From contig NC_052171.1 in assembly GCF_902713615.1 (NCBI RefSeq), positions 1,860,001-1,924,000 of the forward strand: DNA of 64,000 nucleotides, written 5' to 3'. The notes below the pieces were generated by a model. The model had not been told where the DNA came from and made no database searches. It was given only the letters and a program-made list of their open reading frames with translations. Below are positions 1 to 9,997 of the stretch, in pieces (the first letter of the stretch is position 1; each line of letters starts with the position of its first letter). This DNA comes from Scyliorhinus canicula (lineage: Eukaryota). A program made the translations under genes and the position numbers.

Positions 1-257
1 ACCATCCCTGCCTTCGCCCGAGAGCACAGACACTTCATTAGAGAGCCTAACACCAGTAAACACACAACCGATCCGGCACACACTGGGATAGAGAAGCTTC
101 CTGGTGGCCTCCCCGGCTCAATACCATTACTGGGTGGTGCAGAGAACCACTGAGCAATGGTGAAGAGTTCTATGTGAGACAAGTCTGAGATGGCAGCAAC
201 TCGGGTGAGGCAACACAAGGACGAATGACACTGCTGTAAAAATGCAGCAGCTCTCAC

Positions 258-439
258 CTCTCAGTGAAGATGGGCAGATGCTTGGCATAAACCCGTCGCA
301 GCGGGATCTTGTCTTCAACCTCCATGTGGGTAAGAATTAGGCAGAATACTTTGTCGTAGCGATTTGCTCGCTGTTGCCCTCGGGTGACGTGTGATTTCTC
401 TAGAAGTGGGAGGAGGTCGAGCAGGCAGGACAGCACAGT
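258..439 (-). CDS. TTI2: TTI2 coding exon (TVLSCLLDLLPLLEK...LILTHMEVEDKIPLRRVYAKHLPIFTER); gene continues beyond window start
   Basis: Matches TTI2 CLLDL.P.LEK...LILTHME.E....LRR.YA..LP.F. Acceptor ctatttcag, donor gtgag. Confidence 0.92.
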
Positions 440-587
440 CTGAAATAGAGCAGCAAGCAGCGGTTATGAGTTACATCAGGGGTCACGCCTTCTTCACTAA
501 CAATCTGGAACTGAGGATGTGGGAATAAAACAGAAAATAGTAAACACAGGAATTACAGAGCTGGTCAGGAGGCATTAATGGACAGAA

Positions 588-885
588 TCATAGAATTTAC
601 AGTGCAGAAGGAGGCTGTTCGGCCTATCGAGTCTGCACCAGCCCTTGGAAAGAGCAATATACTTAAGCCCCACACCGCCGCCCTATTCCCATAACCCAGG
701 AATCCCACCTAACCTTTTGGACACTTGGAGCAATTATTTTAATCACGGCCAATCCACCTAACCCGCACATCTTTGGACTGTGGAGGAAGTACCGGGAGAA
801 AGTGCAAACGCCACGCAGTCACCCTGGGCTGGAATTGAACCTGGGTCACGAGTTGTGAGGCAGCAGTGCTGACCATTGTGCCACC
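588..885 (-). mobile_element. HE1/V-SINE-type tRNA SINE
   Basis: tRNA A/B-box head, V-core, CR1-like TTCTATGA tail. Confidence 0.8.
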
Positions 886-1424
886 CTCAGAGACAGTAAA
901 AAACGGTGAACCGTTCAGTTCATTGAACTTTTGAGAGAACTGGTCTCCAGGATTACTCACGGCAGTGGGGGAGGGGAGGGGGCAGGCAATGACATCCTTT
1001 TGAAATGTGAATGTAAAGACTGTCAGTCAGGTGAAGGTACAGTTCAGAAGCTGACTGCCAGGACAGGCCTTGGGTTAAGAGGTTGGGTTGGTGACAAGTC
1101 CTGACTCGAATTCCTGCGACATTCAGCGAGCAGAGGACAAGAATGAGGCAGGATTATATAAATGCCTCAGTAAAATATTTTTCAAAAATAAGAATGAGGC
1201 AGGATCACTCTCTTCAATCTTTACTCGCCAACATGAATCAAATAACGGGGAAAATCATGAATGTGGACTGACAGTTCAGTCCTTACACCGTGCGGCTTGG
1301 CTCATGAATAGCACAACAGTTCAAATGCTGCTGTACTCAGGCGTCAATGGTCTGTCATGTGCAAAGGACCAGATATGAGGGAAGGTTTGAAAATTGAGAG
1401 CCTGTAATACAGCTGGCCTAAATT

Positions 1425-1652
1425 AAAAGAAAAATAAATTTAGAGTACCCAATTAATTTTTTTCAATTAAAGGGTAATTTGTCATTGGCCAATCCAACTA
1501 CCCTGCACATCTTTGGGTTGTGGGGGCAAAACCCACGCAAATACGGGGAGAATGTGCAAACTCCACACGGACAGTGACCCAGAGCCGGGACTGAACCTGG
1601 GACCTCGGCGCCGTGAGGCAGCAGTGCTAACCACTGCGCCACCGTGCTGCCC
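1425..1652 (-). mobile_element. HE1/V-SINE-type SINE (short AT-tail subfamily)
   Basis: GGGCAGCACGGTGGCGCAGTGGTTAGCACTGCTGCC head. Related copies at ~13455-13645, 19124-19350, 19812-20020, 35115-35395, 39185-39410, 46615-46845, 56075-56305 and 56365-56555. Confidence 0.85.
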
Positions 1653-1736
1653 TCTGCTGGCCTAAAATTAACATGGCTGATTCAGAAAACAGGTAACAAG
1701 TCCCCAAGAGGATTCCGAAGGAGCCACACCACTGAC

Positions 1737-1829
1737 CTGAATGAGCGAGGGTTCTGGAGTGTATAAGTGATTGTAGAGAGCATGGTACACCACCTGTGCC
1801 CGGTTATACTGCAGCAGCTCTGCAGCAGG
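1737..1829 (-). CDS. TTI2: TTI2 coding exon (PAAELLQYNRAQVVYHALYNHLYTPEPSLIQ)
   Basis: 93 nt phase-0 exon between ctcctttcag and gtcagt. Matches TTI2 PAADLLQYNRAQVLYHA..NHLYTPE. Not present in this frame in the ORF track. Confidence 0.93.
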
Positions 1830-2458
1830 CTGAAAGGAGAGAACATGAAGCTGTCACACACCCGGAGACATTCAAGCCTAACCAATCCAGTGGACCAACA
1901 CAGAACATTACTTTTAAGCAGGAGCCCAATTGGGCCCAACAATATCCTTTTCAACCGAGCCACCTTCTCATTGTCCTTAATTCCGAGCTCATTCTTACTG
2001 TCCACAAAAGCAACTACCTTTCCAAATGCCAGCGTTACATCTGTACACAATGCCATTTGGATCAATAGTTAATGCCTCATTGCAGAGGTGAAGGAATATT
2101 CTTTCAGTGCAGGAAAACTCAGATTTTTCCAGCATCTCAAACATGTCAAAGTGTTTCATATCCAATTAATTACTTTTGAAATTGTAATTGCTGTTGTCGG
2201 TTAACACAAGAGATAAATTTCATTCAGCAAACACTGAATAAGATGACATGGCAGGACACTACGAGAACTCCCTTTTCTTCATATTGTCCCGTGGAATCCC
2301 TTCCATCCACAGAAAACTCAGGAACATACTTTTGTCAGAAATACCTCAGCCAGACTTTGCCTCAGCAATTTGCTGTCGACTGGCCCCCAATGTGATTTCC
2401 CCACACTCCACCCCACCCCACCCCACCTCATAATCCCCACTCTCCGGCCTCCACGTAC

Positions 2459-2645
2459 CACATTGTCAATGATGTGCTGGAGACACCTCACGCCCAGTAT
2501 CTTATTCTCTGTCCTGTAGTCGTCTGAGAAGAGGAGGGATGGTGGCAGCACTACGTCCAGGTGCTCAGCCAGCCACGGCCTCCTCACCCTCTGCAGCAGC
2601 CACCGAAATACATGTTTTGTGGCTGGATTCAATTTCCACGTGTTT
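2459..2645 (-). CDS. TTI2: TTI2 coding exon (NTWKLNPATKHVF...LPPSLLFSDDYRTENKILGVRCLQHIIDNV)
   Basis: Strong match to the TTI2 motif LPPSL..SDDY..ENKILGV.CL.HI..NV. AG/GT boundaries, 187 nt, phases consistent. Confidence 0.93.
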
Positions 2646-2898
2646 CTGTAGAAGTTTGCACACACAAATCAGTTACCGACACTCTGTTAACAATTGGAGG
2701 GAAAAATAACACAAAACAAAAGGAGTGCAGTGACACACTAACTCGTGAGAAAATCTAACAGCTGGAGGAGAGAGAGCTGTGTGTTCCTGCTGGGAGCTTG
2801 GGATAGATGATGAATTCTAGCTACAGCATTATAGAGACTCAACACAGCTCAGCACAGAATGACAGTGTAGAAACTGGCCGTGACGGAATGAATTATCT

Positions 2899-4048
2899 TT
2901 TTTTAAAAAAATAATTTTTATTCAAATTTTCACATTCACAAAAAAGAAAACAATAACAGAAAATTCTAAGAACAAAAAAAAACAGAACCCCCCCCCCCCC
3001 AATACAAAAGAGAAACAAATTAACGAATGGTTGCCATCTCCTGAAAAACCCCTGCACTGACCCCCTTAGGGCAAATTTCACCCCCTCCAATTTAATAAAC
3101 CCCGCCATATCGTTGATCCTGGCCTCCACGCTTGGGGGCCTTGCATCCTTCCATTGAAGAAGAATCCTCCGCCGGGCTACTAGGGACACAAAGGCCAGAA
3201 CACCGGCCTCTTTCGCCTCCTGCACTCCCGGCTCCACTGCAACCCCAAATATTGCGAGTCCCCAGCCTGGATTGACCCTGGATCCAACCAACCTCGATAC
3301 CGTCCTTGCTACACCCTTCCAAAATTCCCCCAGCGCTGGGCATGCCCAGAACATGTTGACATGGTTTGCTGGGCTCCCTCAGCACCTAATACACCTGTCC
3401 TCGGTCCCAAAAAACCGGCTCATCCTTGTCCCGGTCATATGAGCCCTACGCAGTACCTTAAACTGTATGAGGCTAAGCCTCGCACACGAGGAGGAGCAGT
3501 TCACCCTTTCTAGGGCATCCGCCCACGTCCCCTCCTCAATCTCCTCACCCAGCTCCTCCTCCCATTTATCTTTCAGCTCCTCCACCGAGGCCTCGTCTAC
3601 CTCCTGCATCACCTGGTACAGTTCCGAGATCTGGACCCCACAGCAGGGGGAACCCCGCCACCTGCCGCCTGACAAACGCCCTTACCTGCATGTACCTAAA
3701 GGTGTTTCCCCGGGGGGAGCCTGAACTTCCCTTCCAGCTCACCCAGGCTCGCAAACTTCCTGTCTATGAACAGGTCCCCCAGCCTCCTGACACCTGCCCT
3801 GTGCCAACTCAGGAACCCGCCATCAATTCTCCCCGGAACAAACTGGTGGTTCCCCCGTATCGGGGACCCCATCGAGGCCCCCACCGCCCCCCTGTGCCGC
3901 CTCCATTACCCCCAAATCTTGAGGGTAGCCGCCGCCACCGGGCTCATGGTATACCTCGTTGGAGGGAGCGGCAGCGGCGCCGTTGCAAGCGCTTCCAGGC
4001 TCGTACCCACACAGGATGCCATCTCCAGCCTCTTCCATGCCGCCCACT
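2899..4048 (-). mobile_element. 5'-truncated L1-clade LINE (ORF2 C-terminus, 3' UTR, A-rich tail) in a TTI2 intron
   Basis: RC..C......HMFWAC zinc-knuckle region; AATAAA and A-rich tail; TSD ATGAATTATCT at 2888-2898 and 4049-4059. Confidence 0.88.
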
Positions 4049-4176
4049 ATGAATTATCTATTATTCGATCCCCCTCTTTCTTCCAATTTAGGTTAGTTAC
4101 AATGTCTATCAAAGGGAGGAGACCACTTGGTGGAACAGCAGAAATGTCCCACAATTAAACACTGGTTCAGACTCAC

Positions 4177-4862
4177 TTGTTCATTTGAGGTTTCATAAGA
4201 TGCAGCACAGCTCCCAGAACTCCCCTGCCCTTCTCCTCCGTCCCACACAGGAGCTCTGTGACAGACTTGCATCCTGCTGCCTGCACTCCAGCTGCCAACA
4301 GCTCATCTGCAGCTAGCCGAGATGCTGCACTGGTCCATGCCTTCTCCTGGCAATGTGTTGCGCAGAAAATAACCAGATGTGGCAAAATGGCTCTCAGAAC
4401 ACAGTCTGGCGAAATCGTGGGGAGGTGAGACATTGCTTGCTCTGGCCTTGCTGATAGTTTACTGAGGAGAGGTTGAAATGTTTGGGCCACCCTGCAGGCT
4501 CTCTCTGGTATCGTGTTATATGCACTGTCAGGCAGCTCACCACTGTCAGTCTCACATAAGGGCAGTGCTGTATATTGAATCAGAGCAGCTGTCAGATCGA
4601 CATACATTTGAACAATGTCCGACACATCATTTTGGCAGCAGCTGAGAAGCCAGAGAGGGTCACCCTGCAGGAACAAATCCCTTGCATCTTCCAAAACTGA
4701 TCTGTTGTGCCTCATTAGTTTCTCATTTGACAAATCCCCCAGAATTTTCCTCAGGATGTGCTCGACTGTTGGGACTTGCTCCCTTCGATAACTATCCTCT
4801 TCCATTGACCTGCTTTTGCCTGCTAGGTGCAGGTTCCGAATGATTTCTGAAGGATCCTCCAT
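4177..4862 (-). CDS. TTI2: TTI2 (TELO2-interacting protein 2), first coding exon (MEDPSEII...LMKPQMN-K)
   Basis: Acceptor ttgtctttttcctag at 4912-4926 puts the exon start at 4911 and the likely ATG at 4862. Donor GTGAGT at 4176-4171. The 686 nt coding part ends in phase 2, matching the next exon. Confidence 0.85.
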
Positions 4863-5829
4863 GATATCTTTTCCTTGGTTTGGTCCACAATCAAAAATTC
4901 GCCTATGTCGCCTAGGAAAAAGACAAGTCATTTTTTTACATTCTAGTCAGTGTACCAAGCACCAGCAGAACACATACCAGCCCTCAAATGCTCAGGCAAA
5001 TGTCTCAAATAAACGACTCAACATCTCTAAGAAACAAAGTAGACTATCAAAGTGCTTACGAGGGAGAAGTTAATTCTTGGGTCACTTCTGAGACCTCAAA
5101 GTGTACATCTGTGGTGGGGATCTTAAAACATAAACCACCTGATTTATTTTGATCCTGACTTTGCATAAACTTCAGAAAAAATAGTTTATTCCAACAGCAG
5201 AATTATTTTGTTGTGGTGACCTATTTATCCAAAACCCACTGGCGTATCACAGTGGCAGGAATGTAGGTTTGCAACTGGAGCCCTGTAAGGTTCGGTGCGT
5301 TGCGATAAGATGTCCTTTCTTAGAAATCTGGGGCACGCCCAAAGACTGGATCTGTGCACATTCCTGACCAGGTCAACACCCCCTTGAGAGTCAGGGGGGA
5401 CAGGCAACAGGACAGTTGCAGACCCCAGGCCTGATCTGTCTAGAAAGACCCACGGCCTTTCTCAATGTTGCGTGCCAGGGGGTCTTCTCTGCAACACACC
5501 CCCCAACCCCCACCCCCTTCCAGGGGCAGAGAATCAGAGAAAGCTGCATTCAGCTCATGCTCCAAACATCTCTCAACATCCACCCCTCCAATCTCCGACA
5601 TGCTGTCGACGTCTGTTGGGTGAATAACTTAAAATTAAGGAAATGTAGCTTCGATAAATAAAGTGACAGAACTAAATAAATAAACAAATGGACAGCAGGC
5701 TGCAGAATGGGAGGAGATGTGATGGAAGCTGCCCCTTGGACACACAGGGTTTGTTGTTGTGTCTGATTTCCCTCCCCCTGTGTTGCTGATGTCTCCGCTC
5801 CCATCTTGTCAGCAGCCGAGAGGCTGTGA

Positions 5830-6200
5830 TCCCTCTGGCGGGGTAGCAGGGGCGCCTCAAGCTGGTGAGATCCCCCAGGCTTCACTGTGCGGCCCAGGCC
5901 CGGGGCCAGCTCCATCCAACCATCCCCCCTCCATCCCCTCCCCCCACCCCGCTCGCCGCAGCAGCAGCGCCTCTCGAGTCCATTGCAAATAAAACGCTCA
6001 CCTCCCTCTCCGGCGCCGGCTTCCGGTCAGACAGACCTGAAAAAAAGCGCCATCAGCCAGAGAGAGTGTGGGAAAGAAAATCTCCCACCCGGACCGGATA
6101 TCCCGGCGGACGCCGCCAATGCAGCGGGTGTCGCCGCCAACCCGGCTTGCGAAAATCCGCACCCCGCTTCTTTGGTTCCGACCCCTCCAACCTCAGCCTG
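5830..6200 (-). promoter_or_regulatory. TTI2: Putative TTI2 CpG-rich promoter and non-coding first exon (donor at 6001)
   Basis: Non-repeat CpG-rich segment with an ETS-type CCGGAAG at 6020-6026 and GAG|GTGAGC donor at 6002/6001, about 1.1 kb upstream of the first coding exon acceptor. Confidence 0.6.
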
Positions 6201-6371
6201 GAGACCCTCACCGCCCTCACAGACACTGACACAACTTAAATTGAACAAGTCTCCCCACCCCCCCCCCCCATCACCACCAGCAGACACTTTCCTTTCAAGG
6301 GACACAAACTCAACATCTAAATTATGACAAATTATTTGTGAAACTGAAGGAGTTTGATCAATGGGGTTTGG

Positions 6372-7376
6372 AGGCCGTGGCGTGGTGGTATTATCGCTGG
6401 GCTAGTAATCTCAGACCCGGGGTAATGCTCTGGGGTCCTGAGTTCCAACCCCACCAGGGCGCATGGCGAAATCTGAATCCAATACAAATCTGGAATTAGA
6501 AGTCGAATGACTACACCATGAAACCATTGCCGATGGTCGCCAAAACCCATCTGGTTCACCGATGCTCTTCAGGGAAGGAAATCTGTCGTCCTAGCCCACT
6601 CTGGCCCACAGTCACTCCTGACCCACAGTCACTCCTGACCCACAGTCACTCCTGACCCACAGTCACTCCTGACCCACAGTCACTCCTGACGCACAGTCAC
6701 TCCTGACCCACAGTCACTCCTGACCCACAGTCACTCCTGACCCACAGTCACTCCTGACCCACAGTCACTCCTCACCCACAGTCACTCCTGACGCACAGTC
6801 ACTCCTCACCCACAGTCACTCCTCACCCACAGTCACTCCTGACCCACAGTCACTCCTCACCCACAGTCACTCCTCACCCACAGTCACTCCTCACCCACAG
6901 TCACTCCTCACCCACAGTCACTCCTGACCCACACTCACTCCTGACCCACAGTCACTCCTGACGCACAGTCACTCCTGACCCACAGTCACTCCTGACCCAC
7001 AGTCACTCCTGACGCACAGTCACTCCTGACCCACAGTCACTCCTGACCCACAGTCACTCCTGACGCACAGTCACTCCTCACCCACAGTCACTCCTCACCC
7101 ACAGTCACTCCTCACCCACAGTCACTCCTGACCCACAGTCACTCCTGACGCACAGTCACTCCTGACGCACAGTCACTCCTGACCCACAGTCACTCCTGAC
7201 CCACAGTCACTCCTGACGCACAGTCACTCCTGCCCCACAGCAATGAGGACTCTTAACTGCCCCCCCCCCCTCTAAAATGGCCTAGCAAACCACTCAGTTT
7301 AAGGGCAATTAGGGATGGACAACAAATGCTGGACTAGTCGGTGACACCCACATCCCAAGAACAATTAAAAAAAAAT
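6372..7376 (+). mobile_element. tRNA-derived SINE (LF-SINE-like) split by an internal minisatellite
   Basis: Same sequence family as the uninterrupted copy at ~44720-45080; A-rich 3' end. The family name is from recall. Confidence 0.7.
6605..7240 (+). repeat. 17-bp minisatellite (GACCCACAGTCACTCCT)n, about 37 copies
   Basis: Directly visible tandem array with GACG and CACC variants. Confidence 0.97.
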
Positions 7377-8215
7377 TAAATCATAATATATTTTACAGTG
7401 TCTGCAATGCTCTCTTCACCCTTTGGTCTCACCTGGTTGTGGACGGCTTCGTGCTCTGGCAGGCAGCGTATGGCCTGTTCTACTCCAGGGTTATCTAGGT
7501 ATGGGATAGATTCTTGGAGTCGCCCACAATGGGAGGCATTCATGCTGTTAAGTGAGGGGGCAAGATGGTTTGGTAATTTCTGATATTTGCAGTGATTTGT
7601 CATCACCAATTTTTAAATTTTCCATTGCAAGGCCCCCGTCAAGGCCACTGTCTATTGCCAATCCCAAGATGCCACTGAGAACAGACTGAGAGACAGAGGC
7701 AGCAGCAGAAGGGAGAACCAGAACAGAGCATGCATCAGAGTGCATGAATTGTAAAAAGTTAGTCTGCAGTGCAAAAAGGAAAGCGAACAGAATGTTATTG
7801 TTTATTGCGCGGGGAATTGCAAAAGTAGAGAGTTTCTGCTTCAGCTTTAATTTGGGAAGTTAAGGAAAGCTAATGCCTAACTAAGTGTCTAAGTAGGGAA
7901 GTTAAGGATGAAAGAAGAAAGGATGCACAATGCTGCAAAGATTTATGTTTGACCAGAAGATTAAGAAAGTTTTAAAAACCAGCAACGGTGAATTGGAAAA
8001 AAAAAAAGAGTGACCAATTAGAGATTGAGGAAAACTTGCAGGATATACAAGTACATAAAAAGGAAAAAAAAAGTAACCATAATAAGCATTGTTCCCTGTC
8101 AGGATGAGACTAGGAAATAAGAAATAAGCAAATCGAGACTTTGAACAGGCAATGAGGAGCCAGTACAGCACAGTAGGAGCCAGGCAACCGAAGAATAGTA
8201 GAAAATCAGGAGGTA

Positions 8216-8379
8216 ATCGCTTCTGGGCCTTTTCGCTAAACTGAGCGTGAAGCCAGGTGTAATGCCTGGATCTGGCATGTCTCTCTTGTGTGGACCATGA
8301 ATTGGATTCAATTTGAATTGGTTTTTAGAGCTGGATTTGGGAATTTGTCCCTGTAACTCTGATAAAGTGATAAAAAAAA
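8216..8379 (+). mobile_element. U2 snRNA-derived SINE-like retroposon, copy 1
   Basis: Starts ATCGCTTCTGGGCCTTTTCGCTAA (U2 5' end is ATCGCTTCTCGGCCTTTTGGCTAAG). Sm-site-like GGTTTTTAGAGC, A-tail, TSD GAAA(A/T)TCAGGAGGTA at 8201-8215 and 8380-8394. Confidence 0.82.
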
Positions 8380-8805
8380 GAAATTCAGGAGGTAAAAGCG
8401 GCGGAGGAGCTTCATCAGAGAACAAGCACCGGGAAAACTAGTGGGATTAAAGTATCCTGGAACCAATGGTCTGCATCAACAGGTCGTAAAATAAGTGGCA
8501 CTTCGATAGTTTGTGCATTGGTTGTCATGTCCCAAAACACCCACCTTATGAAAAAAAGGTCCCAGGAAATTGGAAATATTCCAGAAATGAGGGAGACAAT
8601 AAACTAGAGACTACGGGCGGAATCTTACCAGAATTTGGCAAAGTGTCCATTCCAGTGCGAAAACCGGGACAAATGGCAGGAAATCTCTTGGAACGTTGAG
8701 CATCTTTAACAATCTCTTTTTAACCACTATGACCATGGCGGCCTCCCACTGATTCACTCACCCTGGAGCAACCTAATTTTTGCAGTCAGTGGTGGTGAGC
8801 TCTAT

Positions 8806-8984
8806 ACTTTTTGTATTACTTTATCAGAGTTACAAAGCCAGAGCTCAGAGTGTGGACAGGGGCAAACCCCTAATCCAGCTCCAAAAACCAATTCAAATTG
8901 AATCCAATTCATGGTCTCCACAAGAGAGATATATCAGATCCACCTGACCTCACGCTCTTCTGAGCCAAAAGGCCCAGAAGCTAT
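8806..8984 (-). mobile_element. U2 snRNA-derived SINE-like retroposon, copy 2
   Basis: Minus strand reads ATAGCTTCTGGGCCTTTTGGCT...GGTTTTTGGAGC...TAGGGGTTTGCCCCTGTCCAC, then the same tail as copy 1. TSD GTGGTGAGCTCTAT at 8792-8805 and 8987-9000. Confidence 0.82.
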
Positions 8985-9997
8985 TAGTGGTGAGCTCTAT
9001 TTAAATGCCTCCCCAGCACTTGTCCCAGGTCCAATCGAGGGGATGGCAGCCAGGAAGCCAGCACCGTGTTTCTCAGAGAGAGCCCTGACCAGACTCCTGG
9101 ATGGTGTGCAGACTCTGTCTACAGCCAGGCAGATGTCCATCCAGCAAGGTCACCACCCTGCCTGGGAAGCAGTGGCAGCCCTAGTCAGGGCCAGCTCACT
9201 GCAGCAGAGGACGGGGCAGTAGTGCCTCAGAAAGATGAATGATCTTTGTGCGGCCAGGGTAAGTCTGCCACCTCCAGTCTCGCTGCACCCCATCACACAC
9301 CCCTCGCATGTCCAAGATGATCTCTCCTGGATGCCAATGTCTGTCACAAGACCCTCTTTCCCACACCTCTCCAATCCTCATGGTCTCCCCCAGTGTCTAC
9401 TCTGCTCCTCACAGCCTCATTCCTACTCAAGTCCTACGCATGCCACACCTCATCACCATCTGAACAGTCAAGGTTTCTGCCCACACTCTCCCCATCTTTC
9501 CCATTACAGGAGAAACTCGAACATAACAGACGTGAACGGACACAGTCACCTGGAGCCTCAGTCACCCCCACCAATGCAGATACTCACACTTTGGTGGGAT
9601 TAAGAAGTAGGCAGGCTTCTGGGTCACTCACAGCTCGCCCCTCACAACAGGGGGAGGCAGGAACATCCCAGGGAACCTGCACTCGGAGGAATGCCAGAGT
9701 CCGGTGTTCGGCTGAGCTCCCAGCCGATGACGTCCCACTGAGTCCGAACATTCAGGAGCTGCTGGAACTGCAGAAGGAGTTGCCAGCTGCCCCGAATCTC
9801 TCCTCGGTGAGCAAGGTCGCCTGGAGGAGCCCCCACTGCCGTTTATCTGAGGAGATGGTGCTGTCAGTCTGACGCAGCGAGGCCAATACTACGAGTGTGG
9901 CATTCGGAGTGGAGACAGGGGTGCAGGAGGTGCACCCCATGTCAGGGGGGAAGTTTGCTCCATGGCTCAGCTCATGACCTCCATAGCTGAGGGCATG

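Noticed and set aside
4863-4931. Upstream ATG (MTCLF...) as the TTI2 start
   Set aside because: It lies upstream of a good splice acceptor at 4912-4913, so it is probably intronic. The ATG at 4862 is preferred.
6605-7240. Regular repeat array that might be taken for CRISPR
   Set aside because: Head-to-tail units with no unique spacers, in a vertebrate genome.
8216-8379. Functional U2 snRNA gene
   Set aside because: The branch-point recognition region and 3' end are altered, and it has an A-tail and TSD.
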